From Mytilus californianus (Eukaryota): a stretch of 64,000 bases of DNA. The notes beneath the pieces were generated by a model, which saw only the letters and a program-made list of their open reading frames with translations, had not been told where the DNA came from and did no database searches. The translations under genes were made by a program, and so were the position numbers. This document shows, one piece after another, positions 13,108-27,066 of this stretch (its first letter is position 1; every line of letters starts with the position of its first letter). The DNA lies in contig NW_026262582.1 in the NCBI RefSeq assembly GCF_021869535.1, positions 57,350,001-57,414,000 on the forward strand. Direction: 5' to 3'.

Positions 13108-14690
13108 AATGGTCTGACTACCGAGCTAATGATACTTTCTTAAAGTCCACCATCAGTGGTTTAGTTATTTACCAACATGGATTTGTCTCTGTTGAAGTAA
13201 GATTATGAACCTTGTAACACGAAATAAATCAATGGGAGTTGACAGTGAATTTTGGGCATTTATGAGACGAAATAAACGATAAACAGCTCAGAACGTATAA
13301 AATTAAATCATACATGAGCATAAAGGTCCAGACAAAAAACCGAGGCGACAATGCTGTCCATTTTTAGTTCTGGTAAAAATGAAATTGTGGTGAAATATCA
13401 TTTGAACAATATTTCTTTTAGACATCATGGTGGCTGTCGAAATTTTTTATGTCACTTTCTATTAATGTTTTAATAGTGTTTTCATGCAGTGTTTAGTTTT
13501 ATAACACACAGTTAGAATATCGACTATTTTATATGTATTTGAGAAAATCTTAGCGGGACATAGCAATAAATGTGCAAAATATACTTTAATAAAAGACATA
13601 AGCTGTATATCGTATCATCTAATAATTATTCAATTATATACTTAGGAGGAGATATTGAATGAATATGATGGTTTGAGAAACAGTACTGAAATATATGCAA
13701 AATACAACAAAGTGAAATTTCGTAGTATTAATTTCTTGTCAGATTTCCTACGTTTATTTCAACTATTTACTTTACATGTTAATGGTGTAAGAAGGAATGT
13801 TTGTTTGAAATTATATTTGTGAATTAAATGTTTTTAAAACTTCCGTTTCAAGTGTCTGATCAAAATGACTTTACACAGTCATGTTTGCTTGCATTGAAGT
13901 TGCACCATCGTTTAACAGTTAGACTTCTTTTTTCAAAATGGAACAGTTATACTATTCACTTCATGTGAATGTTTTACTACATTTGGAACCACATATCAAT
14001 CATTAATCAACAATGGAAAAAATGAAATAACAAAATTACTGCAAGGTAAATTCAAAGAGGGAAGTCCATAAAAACAGACATAACCAAACGATCGACTAAG
14101 AAAACCATCATTTGTATATATTATATGTACAATATCAACGTATATACATAATGAACTGAAGAATATTTTTTGACAGTACATAGACAATAATATTGTCTTA
14201 TACATTCAAGTTATTAGAATAACAGTGTTGATTAATTACATAAATGCGATCGGTATGTTGATCTTCAAATTATAATGAATATGTATTTATCCTTTCTAAA
14301 TGCAATAATTTAAACCAAAGAATTCAAAAAAGAGTTGACTTTATTCTAACGAATATTCATTCAAAAAACGAAAATATTAAAAACAATTGTTTATATTTTC
14401 TATTACTTAGTGTATTTAATTTCAACATAAAAAATCACCCAATTTCATAACCAAAAGGTCAAAATGCTATAGAGATATTTAATCTACAACATTTGGCTAT
14501 TTTTGTATGACCATTAGCAATTAGTCTAAATGCAGTTCGCCAATTTGCATAACGTTGTACCGTATAATCTGCGCATCTCAAAATAAAAGATCATTCATAA
14601 AGTTAAGAGAAATTTTATTTCATTTTATTTCAAATTTTTACAATTTTTCATGTTCTAACGGTTTATTTCTTTTTGTAATGCATTAAAATC

Positions 14691-14741
14691 GGAATAACAG
14701 TACTGTAGTTGAAGAGTTGCCGCCGTCAATTTTGTTATTCC
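14691..14741. mobile_element. Mini deletion derivative of a palindromic MITE
   Basis: ggaataaca...tgttattcc 9-bp inverted ends around gtactgtagttgaagagttgcc. Confidence 0.4.
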
Positions 14742-15653
14742 TTAATTATACAGTAAATATGTTAATAAATTAACCTTGCAGGAATTAAATGATGATAACG
14801 CTTTTAGAGTTGTAACTAATTGTTCCCATTGACTAATTATTTTATGATTAAAAATTAATCCAAAGAATATTGAAAAATCAATACAAAACACTTTAGATAA
14901 TGAAGCTATAAATTGTCTTCCATATGGGGGATTTCAAAAACTTATTTCATACAACATGTGGGATGGTTACCAATGAAACAACATCAATTAAAGACCAAGT
15001 TTTATTTTTATCTGAAAGACGATACATAGCTTCATTTCATATTGAAGTTTGAACGTTCTTCGAATTTTTTATTAAGATTAAAACTTAACATTTGCCAAAA
15101 GTTTATACAAATGAAACTGAAATAGTGTCAAATTTTGTTAAGATTGAATACGTTTTGAAAAGTATGTTAGTATGACATAAATTTGAAAAAGTTCGGGTCT
15201 ACCATATTTAAGAACCTTCTATTATGGTGAAACTAAAATAAAAGCGTTTGTTTGTCCGTCTTGGATTCTTAAAGATATGTCTAAACGATTTCACCCATCC
15301 GACTTTTCACATAAACTTCAGTCTATCGTATAATAAATATTGTCTTTGAATTCAGATTTAATGGTGACAAAAAAGTTAGTCAATGGTAATGATTGTTACA
15401 ACTTTCAAAACTACAACATTAAAAGATTCCTACAAAGAATGCTTCAAACAGTACCATATTTAATTAATTTTTTTTATAATGGGATCAGTGTCATTTCTTA
15501 TTCTAGGGTTGTCAGTTCATTAATTCTTTCTTTTTATTTCAGATAATATTGCTTTTCTATTAAGTACTATCTGGAATGTCGTTAAAATTAATCCGATGTG
15601 ACTCTATAAAGATTTTCCCGTGAAAACCAGGTTTAAATTTGTCAAATTTCTGA

Positions 15654-16600
15654 TTAGCTCACCTGGCCCAAAGGTCCAATTGGGATTTTCTTATCACTTG
15701 GCGTCCGTCGTCGTCTGTTAACTTTTACAAAAATCTTCTTCTCTAAAACTACTGAGCCAAATTTAACCAAACTTGGCCACAATGTTTATTGGGGTATCTA
15801 GTTTTAAAAATGTGCTAAATGACCCCGCCTGCCAACCAAAATGGAAGACATGGCTAAAAAAAAAGCATAGGGCCAAAAAATCAAGTTTTGTATATTATTT
15901 TGAAAACCGTTATAAATAGTGAAAATCTGACTGGAGCAGAGATGTTCAAAATGTTGAGCTCTACCAATTGATTATATACGTCAAAACTGTCAAACGACTT
16001 CTTATAGGAGTTATTTCCCTTAAATGACAAATTTTACTATTTATTTTTTTCATTTTTGCCTATTATCTTGAAAACTATAACAGATAGAGAGAAACTTTAA
16101 ATTGCAAAAATGATCAGCAACACAAGGTCTACAAACAAGTCTCATGGTCGAAATCGTCAGTCGACTCCTTATTGGAATTATTGCCCTTTGCTAACAATTT
16201 TTACCATTTTTTTGCGTTTCTGCCTTGTATCTTGTGAATAAGTAAGATAGAAACTTGAATAAGTAAAAATGATCAGCAACACTAGATCAATAATTAAGAC
16301 AATTATGGAGGAAATTGTCCGACGACTTCTTATTGGAGTTATTGCCCTTTAATGACGATTTTTATCGGTTTTTTTGTTTTTGCGTTTTGCCTTATATGAT
16401 AAAATTTCTAATAGATACATAGACACTTTAAATCACAAAAATGATCAGCATGGCAAGATCTACGAACATGTTAAATTTTGCAGATATAGTAAGTAGACTG
16501 TCATTTTTTATAGGAGTGATTGCCCTTAAATGAGGATTTTGTTTACTCTCTTTTATGATTTGAGCAAAGACTAAAGAAGATACAGAGAAACTAAACAGAC
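15654..16600 (+). mobile_element. Helentron-associated (HINE/DINE-like) element with internal ~160-175 bp tandem repeats
   Basis: 5' ttagctcacctggccc...tcacttggcgtccgtcgtcgtc; four recurrences of gga.tt.ttgccctt and aaaatgatcagca; its inverse end occurs at 53055-53192. Confidence 0.8.
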
Positions 16601-16771
16601 TAAAGAATCAGCAATACAAGATCAACAAAACAGAAATTTTTGTCATGAATTCTATTCTCGTCTATAATGTTGGAAAGTGTCCTTTGTAGAATATGCACAT
16701 AGACCAAAGTGAACGACATAGCCTCTTTAGAGCCTCTAGTTTTTTCTATTTGTATAGCTACAATTGTTAAC

Positions 16772-17880
16772 AAAAAGTAAAATAACAAAAATACCGAACT
16801 CCATGGAAAATTCAAGGAGAAATATCATTTTGAAATTGCAAAATCAAAAAGCCCAATCACATCAAACGAATGAAAAACAACTTCCATATTCCTGACTTAG
16901 TACAGGCATTTCCTTATGTAGAAAATGGTGAATGAAACCTGGTTTGATAGCCAGCTAAACCTATTTTATAGGTTAAAATGTCAAAAATACGGGTACAGCA
17001 GTCATCATTGTGTTATAATCTTAACAAACAAACAACTATGTCAACAAAGAAAAACAAAATGGCATATAGACACCATATAGACAAAGCACATAAGCAAAAA
17101 TAAAAGACAAGAATACAAAAAATGACAATAGCAGGATAACTCAATGGCCGGATCTATAAATACCGAGCCACGCCAAAAGGATAATATCAGAAATGGACTA
17201 AAGAGTAAAGGTTAAAAATATATAAAGACAAATAAAAAACCAGTATAATACGTAATTAAGATGTTAAATAACGTCAATACCTAGAATCTATACTTCAAGA
17301 CCATCCTGTATTATTTGTAAAGTTGATACGGAATATTTATCAACAAGGTCTTTGTATCTTCCGATGATTTTTTTTAGAATAAAGATGAAACGTTCTTTGG
17401 CATAACCCTGGTTCATCAACTTTCTGCTCAGACACTGGTGACGTTTTATAAAATCTGAATAGTAGCTGCAAGCTCTTGAATATCGAATGAGTTGGGAAAT
17501 GTATATCCCATATGAAGGTGAGGTTGGTATATTGCTGCTAAGGTTGGGGAAATTTATGATTTCAAAACTAAAATCGCCTCGTTTGTCATAGATTCTGGTA
17601 CTGAGATTACCTCTTTTGTCGAATTCGAGGTATAAGTCTAAAAATGAGGCGGAGGAAGCTGTGTCTGTTGTTTCTTTAATGTCTAGTTCTAGAGGATAGA
17701 TTAATTGAACCCCATCAGAAAAGTTTGGATTGTTAATGGAAAGAACATCATCAATATATTTGAATGTGAAATAAATGATCTGGCTTCTTTGATCTTCTTG
17801 TTTTTGACAAGTTTCTGAAGGAACTCCGACTCATATGACAATAAGAAGAGGTTGGCAAGCAGTGGCGCACAATTAAACTT
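16772..17880 (-). mobile_element. 5'-truncated Penelope-like family A (RT core to stop plus tail)
   Basis: NCAPLLANLFLLSYESEF..YIDDVLSINNP..SQLIRYSRAC..DGLEV* (stop at 17288-17290) then 3'UTR and tail. Confidence 0.9.
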
Positions 17881-19595
17881 GTGAAAAAAAGAATAGTCTA
17901 GACTTGTAAATATAGTACACAAAACTTTACTTAAAATGTACTTTCAACCTACTAATGAACATCATCAACGTTACTATTACTGCTTATTCACTGTCATTAT
18001 TTCATAAAACACTGCGTTAAATTTTTAGAAATTATTGCAAACATGCCTTCGTGATTTTTTACCACTTTTACGCAAATCAATAAAATCTTACAACGGTTTG
18101 ATCAATGCAGAATGACAAATAATTAGTTGATCCTGACAATACATATGTCGAACAGTCATTTTATTCCGCTTTTAGCGATTCCTTGATCTGTCCCAAGTTA
18201 CTTTTATTTCAATTTTTACAAACCAGCCTTGTAAATGAATGTGAAAAGTTTTATCATAAAATTAATCTGCTGCAGGATTTCCCTACTTGCAGTCACTTAA
18301 AGCATTTAAAAATTTCAGATTTTTTTAACATTCTCTGACATGTAGTGTTCTGCCCAGTCATTTTCCCTCTCTTTTCAGTGTTCTTAAGATTGAAGTGAAT
18401 TTCAAATATTTTTAATGATATAAGAATATTAATCTAAAGAATAATAAGTGAATTCTCATATTTGCCGCAAATCATACTTCACTATATTTCACCGTATTTT
18501 TTCAAATGGGTTTTCCCTATGCACAAACGAATATCAGATTATTTATTTTGTTTCGTAAAATAAATCTGTGTTGATTGTACATAACAGCTTCAAATATCGG
18601 TATCCAGCTTTGTTATAGATACTTGCATGTGGCATTACTTATTTTCGTTCTCTTTCCCTTGAGATTTAGTCATTTTCAATTGCTCTCCAAAAAGTAATTA
18701 TAAGTTCTCATTCACACCTTTTTATTGAATATTGAATATGAAGAAAAAATGATGAAACGGAAGTATACGTCTCCAAAAATATCTGTGATGCATCTTGTTT
18801 TTTTTTTTGTAATTGACTTGAAGCTGAAAAGAAATAATTAATTAACGGTTTTATCATGAAATGCAATGTATACTGCATGCAACACAGTTCCAGATGTCAA
18901 ATTAAAATCTGATTTCAAATCATCTGATAGATAAAGATTGTTTTTCAAGCTAAACAGAGAAAGATTTTGCAGTAACTTGTTTTACACTGTAAGAAAATTA
19001 GAGGTTAAAACAATAAGATTGTTAATCTTTGACATGTGGATGTTATCTGATGTAACGTTGGTAATCAAATGTACTATTTACTCGGGTTGTCCCAAGAACC
19101 GATGGTTGACGAATTAATGATTGAGATTCTCAGCTCACATAAGATTGTATTTTTCTTGCAGGACCACTGTTGAATATTTCATGCATATATTCAGGTTCTA
19201 ACAAATTACACAATATATATTTTTGGACGGTTGTGCCGTCTAAGTGTAAAGACTTGGAAGAATGACGGAAAATAAGAATATATCATGAAAAAGCGTGCAA
19301 GTAGCTCGGGAGGATTAACCGGAAACAAATATCCCATAAGAAATTGTTGCAATGTTTCTTTTGTAGGGTTAAAAAACGCGTGCCACTCTTCTAACACAAA
19401 TTATAGAATTAATGTAACAAATATAATGTAATTCCCTATTTCCACTGAACTGTTGTAAGGCATTCAAACAGACAACTTTCCTCTGTATGATAAGGTTGTT
19501 TAATCTAACTGTAGTCAACGTGCCCGATTTTCTATACCTAAGGAAGCTTTTCATTTTTTGAATAAATTTTGAATTTTCAATTACTTTGGCCTCGA

Positions 19596-19639
19596 GCACC
19601 ATAGAAAAGACATTTATTGTCGAAATTCGCATCTGGTGC
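19596..19639 (+). ncRNA. Hammerhead relic (third family; CUGA box decayed)
   Basis: gcacca-TAGAAAA-GAC(atttatt)GTC-GAAA-ttcgca-TC-tggtgc; perfect stems I and II. Confidence 0.55.
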
Positions 19640-19924
19640 ATTAAAATTTGTATCGTTAATGTTATGCTAAACGTCTTCAATATAAAAAGTAAACTTTTTT
19701 CAGCAATTCATTATATATGATCTAGCCTGACGCAAAACCTGCAATTTGGTTGTAAAAGAATGAAAATATCATTGGCCTTACATCAATTATTAGTTACGCA
19801 AGTTTGGCTAACGAGATATCCTGGTAATAAGTTGACATCAGCGTAGGCGTGTTTTCTAGACGGGATACCAGTCTTTAAAGCTAGTTGCATAACTACAGTT
19901 ATATATGAATTATATATATATGTT

Positions 19925-20812
19925 TAAAAAGGAGGAGATGTGTAATGAATGACAATGAGAAAATTATCCTAAAGAGTAAAAATGAAGCGGATTTAAGCAT
20001 TTACATGTCACCGTACGGCCTTCGTTAATAAACAAAACGCATACAGTAGTGTAAGCAATTAAAAGGCCCCAACATGATAAAATGTGAAAAAAATCGAATG
20101 AAATGTCAAATCAATAAACGAAAAATATAAGCTACTAACTGGGGATATGCACATACAGAATGTGGCTGAGTTAAACATGTTTTCAAGCGCTCAACCCTCT
20201 CCAACTTGAGACAGTTGTGTAGCAGCACAACATAAGAACACACTGTAAAATAGTTTGAAATTATTGTCTCATCTTATCGAATCGATCCAAAAAACAACTG
20301 AAATGGAGATAAAAGACACAAATTACCGATCTAAGAGTACTTGCAGTTACTCTGTTGCAATAGTTATTTGTTTTTATTGTAATTAAGCTTATAAGACAAT
20401 GACATGTTTACCTTTTATGTCTATTTGCTTTCCTCACACATTATTGTCATTATAATGGAATTCTATGCGACTGTCATATAAGTGAGAGGTTTAGCTAGCT
20501 ATAAAACCAGGTTTAATCCACCATTTCCTGCAAAAGGAAATGTCTGTACCAAGTCAGGAATATGACAGTTGTTTTCTATTCGTTTAATGTGTTTGAACTT
20601 TTGATTTTGCCATTTGATAAAGGACTTTACGTTTTGAATTTTCCTTGGAGTTCGGGATTTTTGTTATTTTGCTTTTTACTGAAAGCTAGTTCATGGCTAA
20701 TAACAAATAAAAAAATATCCATCGAGACTTAATTATCAATTAGAAATCATCCAACTGATTTTGAGGAAAAACGTCATAAATAAAAAAGCATGACCTTGTG
20801 CAATGCCAAAAT
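19925..20812 (-). mobile_element. Penelope family C tail interrupted by a family A tail (20352-20675, opposite strand)
   Basis: C tail resumes colinearly after a 5-bp duplication ttact (20347-20351 and 20676-20680). Confidence 0.8.
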
Positions 20813-22779
20813 ATGTCTGTAATATCGACAGGATGTACATGATATAGGACCATAAGTTCCATAAAGTTTTAGCAATTAAATTTAAGTTTTTATTTAATTG
20901 TGTTCGTATATTACACTCGAGGGAGGATAGAGAAAGATTTTAGTAAAAGAACTAGATATTTTCACCCAGAGGACAGTAACTGAAAGATATGACCGTTAAT
21001 CTTCTAGATGTATTTATTAGTCATAGTGTTGGATGTTTAAATATTTTATCGGTTTGATAATTATTACACAAACCTGCATTGTAAGACACATCTCAAGGGA
21101 TTTATATATCTATAAAGCTAAACATTATGATCATTATTTCCACTTAAGTTCGTTTTTGAATTTTGTTTGTTCGAGAGTATCATATTTACAATTCTAAATT
21201 ACATATTTATGTGTAAAAGCGATAGTTTGTTTGATGTTCTATTTTTTATCAGTTATTTCAAATTTCATGAAATTAATCGAAACGAATTCAAACTTTTAGG
21301 CATACTAATTTTTCAAATCGGATAATTTCTACTGTCCATTCAAAGAGAATTTGTTACAATATTTGGTACCGGATTTTAATCAATAACCAAGACTTTATTG
21401 CATTGTTTGCATTAATAAGAAATTGAAACGTGTGCAGCAATGTATTGATAATGGCCTGAAAACTATTGCCAGATGTCAAAAGTTATAAGGATAATGATAT
21501 AGCTCTCTCTTTTACATTAAAGTTGTTGAAATAATAGTATTAATATAATGCGTCAGTGTTATCTGAATGTTGATCATTAAAGGAATGTGAATGTGTGTAT
21601 TTTTATCTTTTCTTATGTTAAAAATACATACGAATGAATTCAGATAAGGCCCGGATGTATAAGGTTCGTTTTATTTTATTTTTTAATTGTCATTATGCCA
21701 TATATACGTGATCTCCAAAAGATCTATATTGATCCTAGCTTGATTTTGGTCGCTTTCATCTTTATTCAAAATACAATTATGCGTCTCATTTTAAACAAAG
21801 CATGTAAAATGATCACGATATTATTAGTATTCTGTTATTTAAGATATGGTTTGAATAAATTCTTAAATATCTACAAAACAAAGATATGGTTTACTGTTCA
21901 AAATTCTACAGCATAAAGACAAAAAAGATCTAAAAACACCTTAACATGGTAAGCTTCCACTTGTATCTATAAAACAAACTATAATACCGACTTTAATGAC
22001 ACGTGTTTAAAACACGCTCGAAACTCTAAATTCTTGAAATATGACATTAAATCTAAAAAAAATAGAGCATTAAAACAAAATAGCCTTAACAAAACCGCAA
22101 TAATCGTGTAATGTCACCCACCCCGAGGGAATTTCAACCTTAGTTTTCGAACAATTCTTATATTACCGAAAATTTTGAAACAAGGGATGGCACTTCAGAT
22201 CATACCAGAGCAATGACTACTGTGCATGATCGAGGTAGTCTAGTTCAACAAACATATATTTCACATGAGAGACTGACTATTAGTTTATGTTTGGAATATC
22301 TGTATGATAGTAAAACAAATTAAACAATACTTAACAAAAACATTCCTGGAAATCTTCTTAGCCCAATAGCGATCCTGTCGTTTCAGTTTACTGCTACAAA
22401 CCAAAGCACTATAAACCTCTGCCATTTTAAAGGTTATTTTTTTCTGGTATGACATTGTTTCCAAATTATTATTAAACTTGTGTAAAATGGAATAAAAATT
22501 GATATTGGTTTATGATATAAAACTGCTATGTAATATTGATATTTAGTTAATCATATTCTAGCATTGTTTATCTCCGAAAGTAAATTACACAGATAAGGCG
22601 CGTCCGGCAAAATTATCTCTCACACTTCATTATCGTTTTAAAAATTCTCAGTGAAAATACATTCATGTTTAGTCAGTCATAAAATATCCATTATGAAATT
22701 TCAATATAATGCAATGAACTATCAAATTAAAGATATTCCCATTAACTTTACTAAATCGTGTATTGTTTGAGATAATGCA

Positions 22780-22960
22780 TATAAAAAAAAACTCATTATA
22801 GATACCAGGATTGAATTTTTGTACGCCAGACGCGCGTTTCTTCTAAAAAAAAGACTCTTCAATGAGACGTTTGAATCAAAAAAGTTTAAAAAAAACAAAA
22901 ACAAAAAATAAACGAAGTACGAAATTGAAGAGCATTGAGGAAACCAAGAAATTACTTGCT
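22780..22960 (-). mobile_element. Family G terminal repeat with degenerate hammerhead
   Basis: ccagacgcgcgtttc...aagactc matches 8178-8217; core damaged. Confidence 0.7.
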
Positions 22961-23034
22961 ATTGGTTTGAAATAATATCTTGTATGTTAAATGGGGATGA
23001 AACAGTGAGTTATTTATATGATTTGATTTCCAAC

Positions 23035-23545
23035 ATCAGTAACATGCCATCTCCTCCATCGTTAGACGTTCATATATATCAATTAATACGTTTCACAAGT
23101 GCGTCTTCACACTGTACGGAGTTTACTAGCAGGGATGTGTGCCTCAAACAAAAACTGCTCTCACAGAGTTTTGAGGAAGAACGACTGAAATCGACACTAC
23201 ATACGTTTCACAGTCACCATTACGAATACGGTTGACTGATGCGATAAGTCTGTGTCTCAACTGACTAGCCATATGTTTTCGCAGTCTTAGATCTTTGATA
23301 CCATAATAGTTTCCTCATCTAGGATTTTATTGATTGTGTCGTATTCCCCATTATGACATTTTGACTGACTGTCCATTCGCACGATTGGTGATGCATGCAT
23401 AGTAGAAAACGATAATCTTTTCGACGTACCCGGTTTCGCTCTTTTTGGAAATCATGCGCTTCCTTTATTGTTTTCGTTTTTTACCTTTTTTGTCTTCTTA
23501 ATCGATTTTCGAGATTTGAACTTCAATAAACTACTGTTGCCTTAA
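23035..23545 (+). mobile_element. Penelope family E RT-thumb fragment plus tail; a second tail remnant at 23760-23860
   Basis: YQLIRFTSASSHCTEF..KQKLLSQSFEEERLKSTL; tail gatttgaac...aaactactgttgcctt. Confidence 0.75.
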
Positions 23546-24059
23546 ATTATATATATGTCCTGTTCATTGATTTATACAAACAAATATAAGTGTAAAGAAG
23601 AAATACATAAAGGTTTTAAGATGACTAATGTCATATATAGACTTTTGTTATACAAAGAATTCACTGTGCAAGCTAAATGGGTTTTTTTCTATTTGAGGTG
23701 TTTACACTGTACGTACAAGCAGAAATGACTGTTTTTCATCCATTCTAACTCCTTTTAAATTACGTTCGATTCCCTAAGTTTATGTTTGTTACCTTGATTT
23801 GTCTCTTCCCACTCGATTTACGACATTTGAACATCGGTAAACTACTGTCGCCTTAATTTGTCAACGTTAATGTTTGTCAGCTTTTAAACGTTTGTTTTTG
23901 GGTTCTGGCTTCATTTAACTTTTATAAAATATGCAACCCATATAATACCAGGCCAAAGTGTATAGTGCTAATTTGGACCAAGTTAAATTTAATCCAAAGG
24001 GTCAACCAAAACTCATAAGTCGATAAAAAAGACAAAACCATGGACAAAGAGAATAAACT

Positions 24060-24730
24060 GTTGGCACAGAGATATGTCTTGGCTGTCGGCATAACATTCC
24101 GAAAAATACAATCTGATGGACAGCAACATTGCTTATTAATTCAGTCACTGGACCATTCCTAGGGGACAGGGCCTCAAAATAGTCGTCAAACTGATATGTA
24201 CCGATAGTAATGCAACTTTATATTAAATATCAATGATCTTTCACAAGTAGTTCCAATCAAACTAACTTAAGCAGAAAACTTAACATTGAAAATGGCTAAT
24301 TAATTCAAAATCACTGGACCATGTCGTAGGGGGCAGGGCCTCTAAATAGGTGTCAAACTGATATGTACTGATAGTAATGCAACTTCATACAAAAAATCAT
24401 TGATCTATTACGAGTAGATCCTAACAAACTAACTTAAGCAGAAAAATTAACATTAAAAATTGCTAATTAATTCAAAGTCTCTGGACCATGTTCTTAGGGA
24501 CAAGGCCTCAAAATTGTAGTCAAACTAATATGTACTGATAGTAATGAAACTTTAAATTAAATATCAATGATCTATCACAAGTAGTTCCTATCAAACTAAC
24601 TAAAGCAGAAAACTTAACAATTGTTGACGCCGGAGCCGTCACCATCACTGTCACCGTCACCGTCGCCGTCGCCGGAAAAGCAATCCTTATGTCTCGCTTT
24701 CTGAGACTTTCGTCGCAGGCGAGAGAAAAA
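24060..24730 (+). mobile_element. HINE-like element: three ~165-bp tandem units, (ccgtca/ccgtcg) microsatellite, 3' hairpin
   Basis: Units start ttaattca at about 24137, 24300 and 24467; microsatellite 24628-24672; ends tctcgc...gcgaga plus A-run; inserted in a family D tail. Confidence 0.85.
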
Positions 24731-25029
24731 CGACGAAAGGACAAAGAACAGCTATTAAGGAGACAATATCAAAAATTCAACTAAATTTAAATGTATCATA
24801 CTCATTTCAGTGCATCATAAAAGTCTAACAATATTCAAAGTAGCCTGTAATCCGCAAGTTTGGGTAACCAAATGCAAACAAACTTTGGAACGTCGAATTC
24901 CAAAGTACTGAAGACGACAGTCAAAATTGTCTTATGTCAACCTTATTCCCGGGAATTATTACATAAGTTTTAATTCAATAACATAATTCATATACAGCAA
25001 ATTTACAGTCGAGTCTATCTTTAAGGTCA

Positions 25030-25410
25030 TGCAATGTTTCTTATGTTGTGCTGTAACACTACTGTCCCAGGTTAGGGGAAGGTTGAGCGCTCACAAACAT
25101 GTATAACCCCGCCTATTTCTTTGAGTGCCTGTCCCAAGTCAGGAGCAAGTAGTTCAGTGGTTGTCGTTGGTTCATGTCAGTCATATTTGTTTTTCGTTAA
25201 TTGTTTTGTTATTAGTTAGACCGTTAGTTTTCTCAATTGAATTGTTCCATATTTTTCAGGTCCGGGTCTTTTATAGCCGACTATACGGTATGGGTTTTTT
25301 CTCATTGTTGAAGGCGAAACGGTTGCCTATAATTGCTTACATCCACTTCATCTGAACTTTAATGGATAGTTGTCTCATTGGCAATCATACCACGACCTAT
25401 TTTTATACTG
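25030..25410 (+). mobile_element. Penelope family C tail
   Basis: gtcccaggttagggga...gcctgtcccaagtcaggag...ggcaatcataccac. Confidence 0.85.
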
Positions 25411-26939
25411 TAGCTCTGACTTTTGAGTAGATGGTATCCATGGGTATCAATAGCTTTCCAAATGTGAAACCATCCAATTAATAGTCAAGTTAACATATGA
25501 ATCCTATATTAGTCTGCTTTAAAAGACATGCTTCAGTTGGTTTCAGACCCAAAAAAAATACGCAAAAAAGTTATAAGAAATGACGATGACATCATTACCA
25601 TGTTAATCTTCATTATTGGGTTTAACTAAAATAGTGATTGGCCTTCCCTTCGTCTACATCAAGCTGCTAAACCTTCGAAAATCAAACATCACAACCAGGT
25701 AACCTTACTTATATTCGTCGTCTTTTTTCTAGTTGACTTACTGATTAAACAAAGATAACATATTATTTTGACTGAATAACCAAGCAAATACAATGCCATA
25801 AATCGATTATAAGTTTGTTCTTGTAGCAATGATATTGCTAGACACAAATAGCTTTAATTAGGTAATACAAATTCCATTTAGAAGTGTTCAATATTTAAAC
25901 AAACTCATAATGATTTAATTAATACAATACGAATGTAATTATTTGTAAGTGGTGACTCATGTAGTATTGTTTTGAACTTGATTTGGTTACGTACCCTCGC
26001 CGATCATGTGAAAGTGTGTTCTAGTATTTGAAACATGGAAAATTAAAGCAGTACTTATAAAAAAGAATGAATCACAGCATGTTTTGGTTACATACCGATT
26101 TAACTGAAGCCAGTCTGGTGATGAAATTTAATATAACATGTTGTGCAAAATGAAATGATATAATTATAATAAAACATCATAAAACATTTACAAAAAAATG
26201 TTTTCGACACTGTGTCACTCTTAAAAATACCATAAATATTCCATTTCCTCTAATCGTAACTATAATGTTGACGCTAGTCCTTCTGGTAATGTGTTGTACA
26301 TTATTAATTGGCAGATGATATATAGAAACTCGTGAAATTGGCTGAGAAAGAAAATCTGATATAATATTTGGCCCAGAAACACCTGTTTCCCAATATGTTT
26401 TAAAAGTCGTTCATCACATAAACACTTTGGAATAAAAATTAAATATTGCTACCTCGAAATCATATTTACACAGTTTATTATGCGATTTTCAACCAGTCAG
26501 CCTTTTCCTATCGAAAAATTGTTTGATTTTTTTAAATGCGTTTAACTCAAATATGGTTCCATTTTTTTTTTATATATATAAGTTTAATGCATTGTCAATT
26601 TTCATTGAAAAAGACTTCGTATTTTGTTTTTGTTTGATTTTCATCGGCGAATATCCTTATACTTAGGCTATAGGAATAATTTATCTAATGTGAAAAAATT
26701 CAATGTTGCGTTTCTTCAGGTCAAAAGTCTAAAATAGAAAGCTGACTCATAAGACTCAAAAGTATCATAACAGAAAAAATTTATCCATGATCAAGTTCTA
26801 GTAATTATGAATATTTTCTGACCATATTTTTTAACAACACTATATTTTGAACAATCATGAGCAACAAATGCTGACATGCAAACAATGATACTGTTAACAA
26901 CCATATGGAAGGAATAAAACTCAAGAAACTTTCTTTTTA

Positions 26940-27066
26940 TGGGATCCGTGTTGCTCAACCTTTTTTTTTCTAGACTGTTGTTTGTCATTCGTCGTTTTTC
27001 GGGTTTTTGCCATGGCGTTGTCGGTTGTCTTCGACTTATGAGTTTGGCATCTTCCACCTCTCTTTT
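26940..27066 (+). mobile_element. Penelope family D tail fragment
   Basis: cgtgttgctca...gccatggcgttgtc...cctctctttt. Confidence 0.7.
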
